From the NCBI GenBank assembly GCA_044448765.1, contig JBIOHG010000012.1, positions 4,504 through 68,503 on the forward strand: DNA of 64,000 nt. Direction: 5' to 3'. Positions 48,166-57,641 of the stretch are shown one piece after another. Origin of the DNA: Sphingobacteriales bacterium. Its GTDB lineage: Bacteria > Bacteroidota > Bacteroidia > Sphingobacteriales > Sphingobacteriaceae. Both the position numbers and the translations under genes were made by a program. The notes under the pieces were generated by a model. The model saw only the letters and a program-made list of their open reading frames with translations, searched no databases and was not told the DNA's origin. Position 1 is the stretch's first letter; the number at the start of each line of letters is the position of its first letter.

Positions 48166-48237
48166 TTAGAACTCTTTTTGTAAAAGGATTTTAGCTTGAA
48201 AATACTTATATTTATCTTCGGAATTACTATACACCTA

Positions 48238-49545
48238 ATGACCTTAGAAAATTTAAAACAAGCATTCCTCGATCACGGATGCGAAAAAGTTTATGTTAAG
48301 AGTTTAGCGGCAAATGACCTTTCTAAAAGTCAAGTCTATTTGGGCGGCAATTATGACATATTAAATATTTTCCCTCTTTCTGACATTTTGCCTAATGCTG
48401 ATGGAAAAAGAAAGAGAGAGAGTTTTATTGCTACATTAAATTTTGCTTGGATCACTGAGGAAGGAACGATCTGTTATGCACCACACGCAAAATTTATTTT
48501 ATATCCCGATTACCCAGAAGTTCGTTTCTCCGGTTTTCTGAAAGCTTGTAAAAATGCGCCTTCAGCAATAATGAATGAAAAACTTACTGGAAGACTATTA
48601 TTCCTTGGCGTTTCAAGAGATGGCCGGACTCTTGGTTTTGCGTCAATGCCAGATTCAGAAATTGCTAATGAAATTCGCTGTTTACATTTAGAGGAATATG
48701 GCGTTTTTAGAGTACTTGAACTTAAGCCTATTGTCGATCATAGACTTTTATTATTGGCAGAATTATTAAGGATCCATCGGCTTGGCTGGATTGACTCGAA
48801 AAGACTAAATAAGGCCAGCGAAATTTTACCTTGCCCTTCTCCTAATTGTGGCGGCCTTACTTTAGAAGCCGAACTCGGTATAGTTCCAAATAGCTATTCT
48901 GAGCCAGACTACCTAGGCTATGAGATTAAACAGTTCAAAGTCAACAATTTCGACAAGATTGCAAATGAAGTTATTACATTGATGACACCAGAACCCAATG
49001 GGGGTCTTTATGTCGAGAAAGGCATTGATCCATTTATAAGGCTATATGGCTATCCTGATAAAAGTGGTATAGTAGACCGTCTGAACTTTGGGGGTGTTCA
49101 TAAGTTTGGAATCAGGCAGCCACTAACCGGACTAACTTTGCATCTTGTAGGGTTCGACCAAGCAAGCTCCAAAATAATCAAAGCGGATGGTTCAATCTCC
49201 TTAATTGATGATAGCGGCAACGAAGCGTCGAAATGGAGTTTTATAACATTGCTTAAACATTGGACCAAAAAACACAATCAAGCATGCTATGTGCCTTCTA
49301 AATCAATCATTTCGCCTACAAAACAATATCAATACGGGAATAATATCTTAATAGGAAACGGCACCGAGTTTGACTTATTCTTGCGACAAATGGCAATGGG
49401 AAATGTATATTACGATCCTGGCGTAAAAATGGAGCAAGCCTCTTCAAAGCCTTTAATAAAACGCCGAAGTCAATTTCGAATAAAGTCCGGAAATTTAAAA
49501 AGTCTTTACAAAAAGTCCGAAACCATAAACTTGTTAACTATTTGA
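48238..49545 (+). CDS. MvaI/BcnI family type II restriction endonuclease
   Basis: G.TLE.ELGI..N...EPD..G.EIK and ITLMTPEP; convergent with a C5-methyltransferase. Confidence 0.85.
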   Translation: MTLENLKQAFLDHGCEKVYVKSLAANDLSKSQVYLGGNYDILNIFPLSDILPNADGKRKRESFIATLNFAWITEEGTICYAPHAKFILYPDYPEVRFSGFLKACKNAPSAIMNEKLTGRLLFLGVSRDGRTLGFASMPDSEIANEIRCLHLEEYGVFRVLELKPIVDHRLLLLAELLRIHRLGWIDSKRLNKASEILPCPSPNCGGLTLEAELGIVPNSYSEPDYLGYEIKQFKVNNFDKIANEVITLMTPEPNGGLYVEKGIDPFIRLYGYPDKSGIVDRLNFGGVHKFGIRQPLTGLTLHLVGFDQASSKIIKADGSISLIDDSGNEASKWSFITLLKHWTKKHNQACYVPSKSIISPTKQYQYGNNILIGNGTEFDLFLRQMAMGNVYYDPGVKMEQASSKPLIKRRSQFRIKSGNLKSLYKKSETINLLTI

Positions 49546-50772
49546 CCCCGTAGAGGCGATAAACTCTGCTATTTCTTTTCCAACAGCCTGTATTAGCGGT
49601 GTCACAACTGAATTACCAAACTGCTTGTAAGCCTGATTATCCGAGACAGGTATTCTAAAACTCTTTTTTCCTTTATTGACAGGATAACCTTGTAAAGCGG
49701 CACATTCATCAGGAGTTAATCGTCTAGGCGCTGACCCATTTTGAGGTATAAGAATTTCAGATCCATCTTTGTAATATCGGGCACTAATCGTTCGAGTTAT
49801 ACCATCCATGTTTACCAGTCCAAAACCAAAGCCATTCCCCTTTTCCTTGTGTTTCTTGGCATAGTTCTGCAAGTAATTCCACAGGTGATTGGATAAAGTA
49901 TATTTCGGGTCAACACTTTTTTTAAGAATGGATTTGATTTGATGGTTAGCTTCCGGTAGTTTAACCAGATCAAAATCAAACTTTATATCCTCTCCAAATA
50001 CTCTTTTATCAAAACCAACCATGATAGTTCTGTCCCGATGTTGCGGAACGAAATGCTTTCCGTTTAGCACCCTATGATCAAAAGAGTAACCTAAATCCAA
50101 TAAAGTCTGCTTTATCACCTTGAAGGTATTTCCTTTATCATGTGAAACAAGGTTTTTTACATTTTCGAGAAAAAAGGCTTTAGGTCTGTGTTCAGCTATA
50201 ATTTCTGCTACATGAAAAAACAAATTGCCTTGTTTTTCGTCATCGAAGCCATGTTTTCTACCCAAGCTGTTTTTCTTGGAAACTCCAGCAATAGAAAACG
50301 GCTGACAAGGAAACCCCCCACATAGGATGTCGAACTTTTTAGGTATAAAAGCTTTAACTTCTTCCTTAGTAATGTCGCCAAATGGTGTTTCACCGTAATT
50401 TGCAAAATATGTTTTTTGTGCATATTTATCATATTCGGATGTATAAACGCACAATCCGCCTAAATTTTGCAATGCTAATCTAAAACCACCAATACCGGCA
50501 AATAGATCAATAAAAGTAAACTTTTCTGTGCCCGGCTTGGGTCCAGGAAAAGGGATATCTGTTGCCTCAAATAATTCTTTTTGAACCGCATGATACAATA
50601 CTTCAGGCTCATTAAGTGTATACGGGCTATTTTCAGCAATTTCGTACGCGCGTTCCCTGTATATGGGATTTTTAGTAACTACATAATGCGATAAAATGGC
50701 TGAATCAAACTCGTCCGGAACAATAGAGGTTTTTGCCCTGGATGCTCTTGCTTTTAAGGTTAAGGTCTCCAT
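49534..50772 (-). CDS. DNA (cytosine-5) methyltransferase, Dcm/EcoRII/SsoII-like
   Basis: FIDLFAGIGG, GFPCQPFS, ENV, ARYYKDGSEILI and YKQFGNSV motifs. Confidence 0.95.
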   Translation of the reverse strand: METLTLKARASRAKTSIVPDEFDSAILSHYVVTKNPIYRERAYEIAENSPYTLNEPEVLYHAVQKELFEATDIPFPGPKPGTEKFTFIDLFAGIGGFRLALQNLGGLCVYTSEYDKYAQKTYFANYGETPFGDITKEEVKAFIPKKFDILCGGFPCQPFSIAGVSKKNSLGRKHGFDDEKQGNLFFHVAEIIAEHRPKAFFLENVKNLVSHDKGNTFKVIKQTLLDLGYSFDHRVLNGKHFVPQHRDRTIMVGFDKRVFGEDIKFDFDLVKLPEANHQIKSILKKSVDPKYTLSNHLWNYLQNYAKKHKEKGNGFGFGLVNMDGITRTISARYYKDGSEILIPQNGSAPRRLTPDECAALQGYPVNKGKKSFRIPVSDNQAYKQFGNSVVTPLIQAVGKEIAEFIASTGSNS

Positions 50773-51002
50773 CAGTTGGTCCCTCCATTAAAAGCCTCGG
50801 CATTAAAAAAATCTCTTATTGTTATCTCAAGAGCATAAATTATTTTCTCAAGATTGATCACGGAAACATTTCGTTTTCCGTTTTCTACCTCGTTCAAATA
50901 AGTCTTATCTACCTCTGCCTTAAAGGCTAATGCTTCCTGGGTGAGTTTTAAATTTGTGCGGTATTCCTTGATGCGCAGCCCAATTCTTTTACGAATATCC
51001 AT
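50772..51002 (-). CDS. R-M controller (C) protein, XRE HTH
   Basis: IG.RIK..R....LTQE.LA....VD..YL..VENG.RN.S; C-box upstream. Confidence 0.88.
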   Translation of the reverse strand: MDIRKRIGLRIKEYRTNLKLTQEALAFKAEVDKTYLNEVENGKRNVSVINLEKIIYALEITIRDFFNAEAFNGGTN

Positions 51003-51024
51003 AGCGGAAAGCTATCGCCTATTC

Positions 51025-51050
51025 GACTATAAGTCAATCGGATATAAGTG
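51025..51050 (-). promoter_or_regulatory. Double C-box operator
   Basis: Minus strand CACTTATATCC-gatt-GACTTATAGTC; the second half matches the GACT-TAT-AGTC C-box consensus. Confidence 0.8.
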
Positions 51051-51067
51051 AACTCTGCTAAAAATTA

Positions 51068-51484
51068 CTAACGGGAAATCTTCGATGTTAATAAATCAAG
51101 AGTACTTTCAATCGAGCCTTTTTTTAGCTCACACTCCCAAACCTTAATAATCTTCCAACCAGCGTTTTCGAGAGCGATTTCGGCATTGGTGTCATTGGAA
51201 ATATTCGTACAAATTTTATGCAGCCACCATTCGGTACGCGTTTTAGGTACCACGTAGTATTTGCACCCCTCATGCCCGTGCCAAAAGCAACCGTGTATGA
51301 AGATCATGGTTTTGTATTTGGGCAATACAATGTCGGGTTTGCCGGGCAGGTTTTTTACATGCAGCCGGTAGCGGAAACCGTTTTTGTGAAGAAACTTACG
51401 CACCAATAACTCGGGCTTAGTATCCTTACTCCGTATCCGCGACATATTGTAACTGCGGGTTTCCTTGCTATGCACATCAGCCAT
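51068..51484 (-). CDS. vsr: Very short patch repair endonuclease
   Basis: RSYNMSRIRSKDTKPE, LPGKPD, FIHGCFWHGH and VWEC motifs. Confidence 0.96.
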   Translation of the reverse strand: MADVHSKETRSYNMSRIRSKDTKPELLVRKFLHKNGFRYRLHVKNLPGKPDIVLPKYKTMIFIHGCFWHGHEGCKYYVVPKTRTEWWLHKICTNISNDTNAEIALENAGWKIIKVWECELKKGSIESTLDLLTSKISR

Positions 51485-51490
51485 CAGAAC

Positions 51491-52237
51491 TTACACTGCT
51501 GCTTTTCTCAAATTATCGTTAAGTACAAAAGGTATTTCTTTCAGTTCGTTAACCTCATAATAAAAGCTTGAAGACAAAAGAGAGTAATTTCTTTCTTGAA
51601 CCCAATTGTATAAGGGGTGCTCATATTTAAAATATATACAATTTGCGCCTATTCTTAACCCTGTTTCTATCTCTGATTTTAACGAATCACCGACAATCCA
51701 AGTATCTTTGATTTGAAAATGAAGGGTTTCGATGATGGACAGAAAATCAGAGTCTGATTTTTCTTTAACAACCTTTATTAAATCGAAATAGTCATGAAGG
51801 GAATTGTATTGTATTTTTTTACTTTGCAATTCGTCCTCCCCTCTTGTGACTAACGCCAGCGTAAATTTAGTCTTACACCACTCCAAAAGATCTATTGCGC
51901 CGGGTAAAAGGGAAGGAATAGTCTTAATTATTATTTCGCCTGCTTCTACGATTTGATTTTCAACTTTATTTTTACTTTGAATATACCCTTCATTCAAAAG
52001 ATACTTATAAACATCCAACATAGTTTTGCCATATCTTTTTGGCGAATGACCAAATTTCAATAGGTTCTCGGTATCTATTTCTTCAAATAAATTATCTATA
52101 TAGCTAGTTGAAAGCTGTGTGTTTTTTAGAATAACATCAATAAATGAGCTTTTAGCAACCCAATATACATCACTTGTATTAACCAATGTATCATCCAAAT
52201 CAAAAATTATAAGCCGCCTATTTTTTTTTATGTGCAT
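51491..52237 (-). CDS. HAD-superfamily hydrolase (putative nucleotidase)
   Basis: Motif I DLDDTL, motif II VT, motif III K, motif IV GDS. Confidence 0.88.
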   Translation of the reverse strand: MHIKKNRRLIIFDLDDTLVNTSDVYWVAKSSFIDVILKNTQLSTSYIDNLFEEIDTENLLKFGHSPKRYGKTMLDVYKYLLNEGYIQSKNKVENQIVEAGEIIIKTIPSLLPGAIDLLEWCKTKFTLALVTRGEDELQSKKIQYNSLHDYFDLIKVVKEKSDSDFLSIIETLHFQIKDTWIVGDSLKSEIETGLRIGANCIYFKYEHPLYNWVQERNYSLLSSSFYYEVNELKEIPFVLNDNLRKAAV

Positions 52238-53057
52238 AAATCTTGGGGTTTGACATTACCTTAACATGTTTAATACTATCTAAATCATGAACAGTATGTT
52301 TAATTAACGAATCTTGCTTACTAATTATGATTTTATATTGTTTTATAACTGAGTCTTGCTTTTTAAATGTGCTATCAATTAACTTTGATGATTTGAACTT
52401 TCTAAGGATGGCATCCTCGCTAAAAGTTGAATATGCATAAGGAATCGCAGCCAACAAAATTCCTATTACTCCAATCGCGACCGTAATGTAAGTACCTATC
52501 TTGAAAAAATAGCCTTTTACGCCGCTAACAGTTTGATCTTCATACTTTTTTACTTCGTCATCTAAGTATAAAAATTTGTCACCTAGTATTTTGGCATCCT
52601 TTTTTCGTTCATCAGTATAATGATTAAAGTCAGTGTATTGATTTCTTGCAGATAACGCTCGGAGGGTAGTTGGTTGAGTGAATTTATGGAAGGTCATTCT
52701 CATAAAAGTTTCATTCAGATTAACATCAAAACTTTCTTTTCCAAAATTGATCAAAACGCTCGATATAGGCCCTTTATATCCCGAGTCAACTATCCCTATA
52801 TTAATCGCCAACACCCCACTGATTGATAATCTATTTTTCACCGTTGTATACCCAACAATATTATCTGGTAAAGCAAAACTTTCTTTGGATACCACCATAA
52901 TCATACCATGTGGAGGTAGTACGTAGTCATTTACTGATTTTCCTTGCGAGTTTATTATTGCCCCTATTCGTAAATTGTAGGACGCATTCTCATAGTTATT
53001 TGCCTCTGCATTTTGCAGTAAGGCTAAATTGGTTATCTCTTCATAGTTTAAAAGCAT
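52218..53057 (-). CDS. dUTPase/dCTP-deaminase-fold protein with C-terminal TM helix and coiled tail
   Basis: ASYNLRIG, E...LP and GIVDSGYKG motifs; TM IGTYITVAIGVIGILLAAIPYAY. Confidence 0.8.
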   Translation of the reverse strand: MLLNYEEITNLALLQNAEANNYENASYNLRIGAIINSQGKSVNDYVLPPHGMIMVVSKESFALPDNIVGYTTVKNRLSISGVLAINIGIVDSGYKGPISSVLINFGKESFDVNLNETFMRMTFHKFTQPTTLRALSARNQYTDFNHYTDERKKDAKILGDKFLYLDDEVKKYEDQTVSGVKGYFFKIGTYITVAIGVIGILLAAIPYAYSTFSEDAILRKFKSSKLIDSTFKKQDSVIKQYKIIISKQDSLIKHTVHDLDSIKHVKVMSNPKIYAHKKK

Positions 53058-53133
53058 AAGGCAAGCATTAGGTTAACTCAAGCAATCTAAGAAAACAATG
53101 GGCGTCAATCAACTCAAATTACAAACAGCATCT

Positions 53134-53202
53134 TCAAACAATAGTTAACAACTTACGCATCAGTATTTCAGGCTTGGTTTCCTTACTATGCACATCGGCC
53201 AT
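53134..53202 (-). pseudogene. Deleted remnant of a vsr 5' end
   Basis: Translates MADVHSKETKPEILMRKLLTIV*, versus vsr MADVHSKET...KDTKPELLVRKFL. Confidence 0.75.
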
Positions 53203-53247
53203 AATACAAAGCTAACAAACGGATGCTGATACTGTTCGCAGTTCCTC

Positions 53248-53344
53248 GCGTTACGGATTGCAGCGATACCGGCCCTCGCGCTTAAGGCCTGCAGGCGTAT
53301 AAGCGTAAAGCCGGGCCCGCTTCTACCAGCGGGCAACGCCCAAA
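53248..53344 (+). repeat. Structured intergenic repeat (Flavo-1-like), copy 2
   Basis: GCGTTACGGATTGCAGCGATACCGGCC...GCGTATAAG...AGCCGGGCCCGCT..AGCGGGCAACGCCC. Confidence 0.65.
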
Positions 53345-53352
53345 GCTACAAA

Positions 53353-55011
53353 CTACTTCTTCACCCAGCCGTCCTTCAGCGTTACGGTGCGGTTAAACAC
53401 CAGCTTATCGGGGGTGGAGTTTTTGTCGAGCGTAAAATACCCTTTGCGGATAAACTGGTAGCCTTTACCGGGTATGGCTGTTGCCAGGTCGGCTTCTATG
53501 CAGGCGTTGGGTATTACGGTTAAGCTGTTGGGGTTGATGTATTCTTTAAAATCGCCGTCCTCGTTTGATGGGTCCTCCACCTGGAAAAGGCGATCGTACA
53601 GGCGCACTTCGGCAGTTTTGGCGTGGGGCACGCTCACCCAATGGATGGTGCCTTTTACGCTGAGGCCGCTGGTATCGTGGCCCGAAAGCGAGTTGGGTAT
53701 GTGGGTGCAATGTACCCCGGTAATGTTGCCGCCGGCATCCTTGGCAAAACCCTCGCATTTTACAATATAGGCGCTTTTGAGGCGCACCATATTACCCACC
53801 GCCAGGCGGAAGAATTTTTTTGGCGGCTCTTCCATAAAGTCCTCGCGCTCTATCCACAGTTCGCGGCTGAACGGTATATCCCTGCCGCCTTCGCCGCCCT
53901 CAACCTCGGGGTTGTTCTCGCCGAACATGGTCTCGGTCTTGTCTTCGGGATAATCGGTAATGATGAGTTTTATCGGGTCGAGCACGGCCATGCGGCGCCA
54001 GGCAGTTTTGTTTAAATCCTCGCGAATGCAGAATTCCAGCAGGCTTACGTCTATCATGTTCTCGCGCTTGGCCACGCCGATGCGCTGGCAAAAATCGCGT
54101 ATGGATGCTGGTGTATAACCACGGCGGCGTAAACCACTGATGGTAGGCATGCGGGGGTCGTCCCAGCCGTCAACCTGTTTATCTTCTACCAATTGCAGCA
54201 GCTTGCGCTTGCTCATTACGGTGTAGTTGAGATTGAGGCGGGCAAACTCGTATTGCTTGGACGGGAATAGCTCCAATTTTTCAATAAACCAATCGTACAG
54301 CGCGCGGTGCGGAATAAACTCCAGCGTGCATATAGAATGGGTGATCTCCTCAATAGCATCCGACTGCCCATGGGCGAAATCGTACATGGGGTAAATGCAC
54401 CATTTGTCGCCCGTGCGGTGGTGGTGTGCGTGCTTAATGCGGTACATAATCGGGTCGCGCATGTGCATGTTGGGCGATGCCAGGTCGACTTTGGCCCGCA
54501 GCACTTTTGCGCCGTCGGGGTATTTGCCGTCCTTCATCTCCTCGAACAGTCGCAGATTCTCCTCAATGCTGCGGTTACGGTATTCGTTGCCGGTACCGGG
54601 TTCGGTAGGCGTACCCTTTTGAGCGGCAATCTCTTCGGGCGTACTGTCGTCCACATAAGCCAGGCCCTTGCGGATGAGGTTCATGGCGAAAGCGTAGATC
54701 ACATCAAAATAGTCGGACGCGTACAGCTCATTGGCCCATTCAAAGCCCAGCCATTTTACGTCCTCCTTAATGCTGTCCACATACTCCACATCCTCTTTCA
54801 CGGGGTTGGTATCATCAAAGCGAAGATTGGTTTTACCCTTGTACTCCAGCGCCAGCCCAAAATTAAGGCAGATGGATTTGGCATGCCCGATATGCAAATA
54901 ACCATTAGGCTCGGGCGGGAAACGGGTTAAAACCCGGCCGTCGTGCTTGTTGTTACGGATATCCTCTGCTACAATCTCTTCTATAAAATTTAATGATCTC
55001 TCTTCGCTCAT
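53353..55011 (-). CDS. glnS: Glutamine--tRNA ligase
   Basis: [23 protein letters not shown] and DDPRMPT motifs. Confidence 0.97.
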   Translation of the reverse strand: MSEERSLNFIEEIVAEDIRNNKHDGRVLTRFPPEPNGYLHIGHAKSICLNFGLALEYKGKTNLRFDDTNPVKEDVEYVDSIKEDVKWLGFEWANELYASDYFDVIYAFAMNLIRKGLAYVDDSTPEEIAAQKGTPTEPGTGNEYRNRSIEENLRLFEEMKDGKYPDGAKVLRAKVDLASPNMHMRDPIMYRIKHAHHHRTGDKWCIYPMYDFAHGQSDAIEEITHSICTLEFIPHRALYDWFIEKLELFPSKQYEFARLNLNYTVMSKRKLLQLVEDKQVDGWDDPRMPTISGLRRRGYTPASIRDFCQRIGVAKRENMIDVSLLEFCIREDLNKTAWRRMAVLDPIKLIITDYPEDKTETMFGENNPEVEGGEGGRDIPFSRELWIEREDFMEEPPKKFFRLAVGNMVRLKSAYIVKCEGFAKDAGGNITGVHCTHIPNSLSGHDTSGLSVKGTIHWVSVPHAKTAEVRLYDRLFQVEDPSNEDGDFKEYINPNSLTVIPNACIEADLATAIPGKGYQFIRKGYFTLDKNSTPDKLVFNRTVTLKDGWVKK

Positions 55012-55100
55012 GATAATTACGCCTGTCTCCGCTATATGCGGGAGAAAGGGGCAAATTTAAGAATTTTGGATGGGTTTAGGGTAACAGTTTTTCAGAAGCT

Positions 55101-55221
55101 TTGGGCGTTCCCGCTAACCAGCGGGCCGTGCTATACGCTCATACTGCACACGGCATTAGCCACGAGGCCGGTATACGCTTCTATCACTAACGCAATTGTC
55201 TGAACTATGATTCGTAGGATT
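55101..55221 (-). repeat. Structured intergenic repeat (Flavo-1-like), copy 3, inverted
   Basis: Reverse complement reads AATCATAGTTCAGACAATTGCGTTAGTGATAG..ATACCGGCC...GTATGAGCG...ACGCCCAA. Confidence 0.65.
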
Positions 55222-55363
55222 AAATGATTACCATGATTTTTTTCGGTATTTCCGGGTAAAAAGCGGAAGGAAAAGCAATGACCTAATGACTCAATGCCCC
55301 AATGACCAGTTAACTAATCTCTAATCAACTAAATCACTACCTTTACACCACCAATTGCTTACA

Positions 55364-55783
55364 ATGAGTAATACCTTCAATCGCCCGATACGTGTACTGG
55401 TTGCCAAAGTCGGCCTCGACGGGCACGACCGTGGCGCGCGCATCATCGCCACAAGCTTACGCGATGCGGGTATGGAAGTGATCTACACCGGCCTGCGCCA
55501 AACCGCTGAAATGGTGGTGAATACCGCCTTACAGGAGGATGTGGACGCGATTGGGATATCCATACTTTCAGGTGCACACATGACGGTGTTCCCGAAAGTC
55601 ATCAATCTCATCAAAGAAAAAGGAATGGATGACGTACTGGTTACCGGCGGCGGCATCATCCCCGAAAGTGATATGAAGGAACTGAAAGCAATCGGTGTAG
55701 GCGAGCTGTTCCCGCCAGGAACTACCACTACCGATATTGTGAAATACATTACTGCCTGGGTGCATCAGCACCGGAATTTTTAA
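55364..55783 (+). CDS. Methylmalonyl-CoA mutase-type cobalamin-binding small subunit
   Basis: [19 protein letters not shown] and GGIIP motifs. Confidence 0.92.
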   Translation: MSNTFNRPIRVLVAKVGLDGHDRGARIIATSLRDAGMEVIYTGLRQTAEMVVNTALQEDVDAIGISILSGAHMTVFPKVINLIKEKGMDDVLVTGGGIIPESDMKELKAIGVGELFPPGTTTTDIVKYITAWVHQHRNF

Positions 55784-55912
55784 AAGAAAAAAAATAACCC
55801 CCTTTGTCCGCTAACCAGCGGAGAGAGAGGGTGGTCGAGCCAATCAACGACCGGGTGAGTCGATAGCGAAGCGACCAGCCACGTAATTCCAAGTATAACT
55901 AAATATTCTACC

Positions 55913-56698
55913 ATGTCCATGTTTCAAAACCTGCTTGTACATACCGAAGCCCGCATCAGGCACATCATCATCAATCGCGAAAGCAAAATGAATGCGCTCA
56001 ATAAAGCCACCTTAGCCGAACTGCATACCGCCATCAGCGACGCTTTCGACAGCGAAAATGTGGGCGGCATCATTATCACCGGTGCCGGTGAAAAAGCATT
56101 TGTAGCAGGTGCCGATATCTCTGAATTTGCCGAGTTCGACTCCAAAAAAGGTGAAGAACTTGCCCGTAAGGGCCATCAACTGGTTTTTAATATGATAGAA
56201 AACGGTAAAAAACCTGTTATAGCTGCTATCAATGGTTTTGCCTTGGGCGGAGGATTGGAGTTGGCGTTAGCCTGCCATATTCGCCTGGCATCCAACAACG
56301 CCAAAATGGGTCTACCCGAAGTGAGCTTAGGCCTGATACCCGGCTATGGCGGTACACAACGATTAACGGGCCTGGTTGGCAAAGGTCGTGCAATGGAAAT
56401 GATACTCACCGGCGATATGATCACAGCTGAAGATGCCTATGAGTTTGGTTTAGTGAACCATGTAACCAGTCCTGAAGAACTGATGCCGGCTGCAGAAGCT
56501 ATTATGAACCGCATACTTTCCCGCGCCCCGCTGGCTATTGGATCGGCCATTAAAGCCGTTAACGCATCCACTCAAAATGGTGTGGACGGTTACGAGGCAG
56601 AGATAACCGGGTTCGCCAAATCCTTCGATACTGCCGATTTTAAGGAAGGTGTCGCCGCATTTCTTGAAAAAAGAAAACCCGCTTTCCGGGGCAAATAA
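55913..56698 (+). CDS. Enoyl-CoA hydratase/crotonase
   Basis: AFVAGADI, ALGGGLELA and PEV.LG.IPG.GGTQRL motifs. Confidence 0.93.
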   Translation: MSMFQNLLVHTEARIRHIIINRESKMNALNKATLAELHTAISDAFDSENVGGIIITGAGEKAFVAGADISEFAEFDSKKGEELARKGHQLVFNMIENGKKPVIAAINGFALGGGLELALACHIRLASNNAKMGLPEVSLGLIPGYGGTQRLTGLVGKGRAMEMILTGDMITAEDAYEFGLVNHVTSPEELMPAAEAIMNRILSRAPLAIGSAIKAVNASTQNGVDGYEAEITGFAKSFDTADFKEGVAAFLEKRKPAFRGK

Positions 56699-56867
56699 GC
56701 CACTTTTTTGACACTATCCTGACCAATTAAGAAAAAAGGTCAAAAATAAATCATTGTTAATCAAACGATTGAATAATCGTGACATTAGGATGAAACTCCG
56801 TATTGTTTTTCGTGCTTTACTTTGCCCTGTGTTTCAAAAAACACATACATATAAAACACATAACATC

Positions 56868-57464
56868 ATGAAAAGTACATTCAAAATTTCTGCCTTAGTG
56901 CTTGCATTTGCCGGGTTCGCATTTGGCGCAAAAGCACAAACAACCTCTACATCTACCAAAACAACTACTTCAAACGGAGTAATTTTAAGCATCGGCGTCG
57001 ACGCCGGCATCCCGACAGGTAATTTATCCAACGCTTATAACTGGAACCTTGGCGGTTCGGTACAGGCGGATATCCCGGTTATCCAGCATCAACTGTTCGT
57101 AACCGTTAACGCGGGTTACAACAATATCTTTGGTAAAAAGAATTTGGACGGAACAGGTCTGGACGCAACCAACATTCAGTTGCTGCCCGTTAAAGCCGGT
57201 TTAAAATTCTTCCCGGTAAGTAACTTCTACATCCAGGGCGAAGCAGGTGCAGCATTCTCCTTAAACAAGTCGGACCTTGGTTTTGATAACAGCGCCGCGT
57301 TCTTATACGCACCGCAGATCGGCTACCAATTTGCGTTAGGCGGCAAGAGCTATATCGATGCCGGTATACGTTATGAAGGCACTACCAAATTCATCAGCAC
57401 TGTGGACGACAGCAAGGTAAATTTTGTCGGCCTGCGCGTAGCTTATGCCTTTGATACCAAATAA
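56868..57464 (+). CDS. Outer-membrane beta-barrel protein
   Basis: Signal peptide from ATG 56868, alternating beta strands, C-terminal GLRVAYAF. Confidence 0.8.
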   Translation: MKSTFKISALVLAFAGFAFGAKAQTTSTSTKTTTSNGVILSIGVDAGIPTGNLSNAYNWNLGGSVQADIPVIQHQLFVTVNAGYNNIFGKKNLDGTGLDATNIQLLPVKAGLKFFPVSNFYIQGEAGAAFSLNKSDLGFDNSAAFLYAPQIGYQFALGGKSYIDAGIRYEGTTKFISTVDDSKVNFVGLRVAYAFDTK

Positions 57465-57486
57465 TTTTTACATCCTTAACTAAAGT

Positions 57487-57525
57487 AACAAAAGGGGCCG
57501 TTGAGCCCCTTTTGTCGTTTTTTTA
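57487..57525 (+). terminator. Intrinsic terminator
   Basis: ACAAAAGGGG-ccgttgag-CCCCTTTTGT followed by a T-run. Confidence 0.75.
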
Positions 57526-57641
57526 TATGAGAAATATAAAAATTAGCGCTATAATTAATTTTTAACTAAAAATTTAGCAGATTTGTATGTAACTTGAGGT
57601 AGCAGTAATACGTTTACCAGTCAAAATTAGCTTACACCCGT

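Noticed and set aside
46430-53230. Integrative element or transposon
   Set aside because: No integrase, transposase or clear att repeats visible; treated as a defence island.
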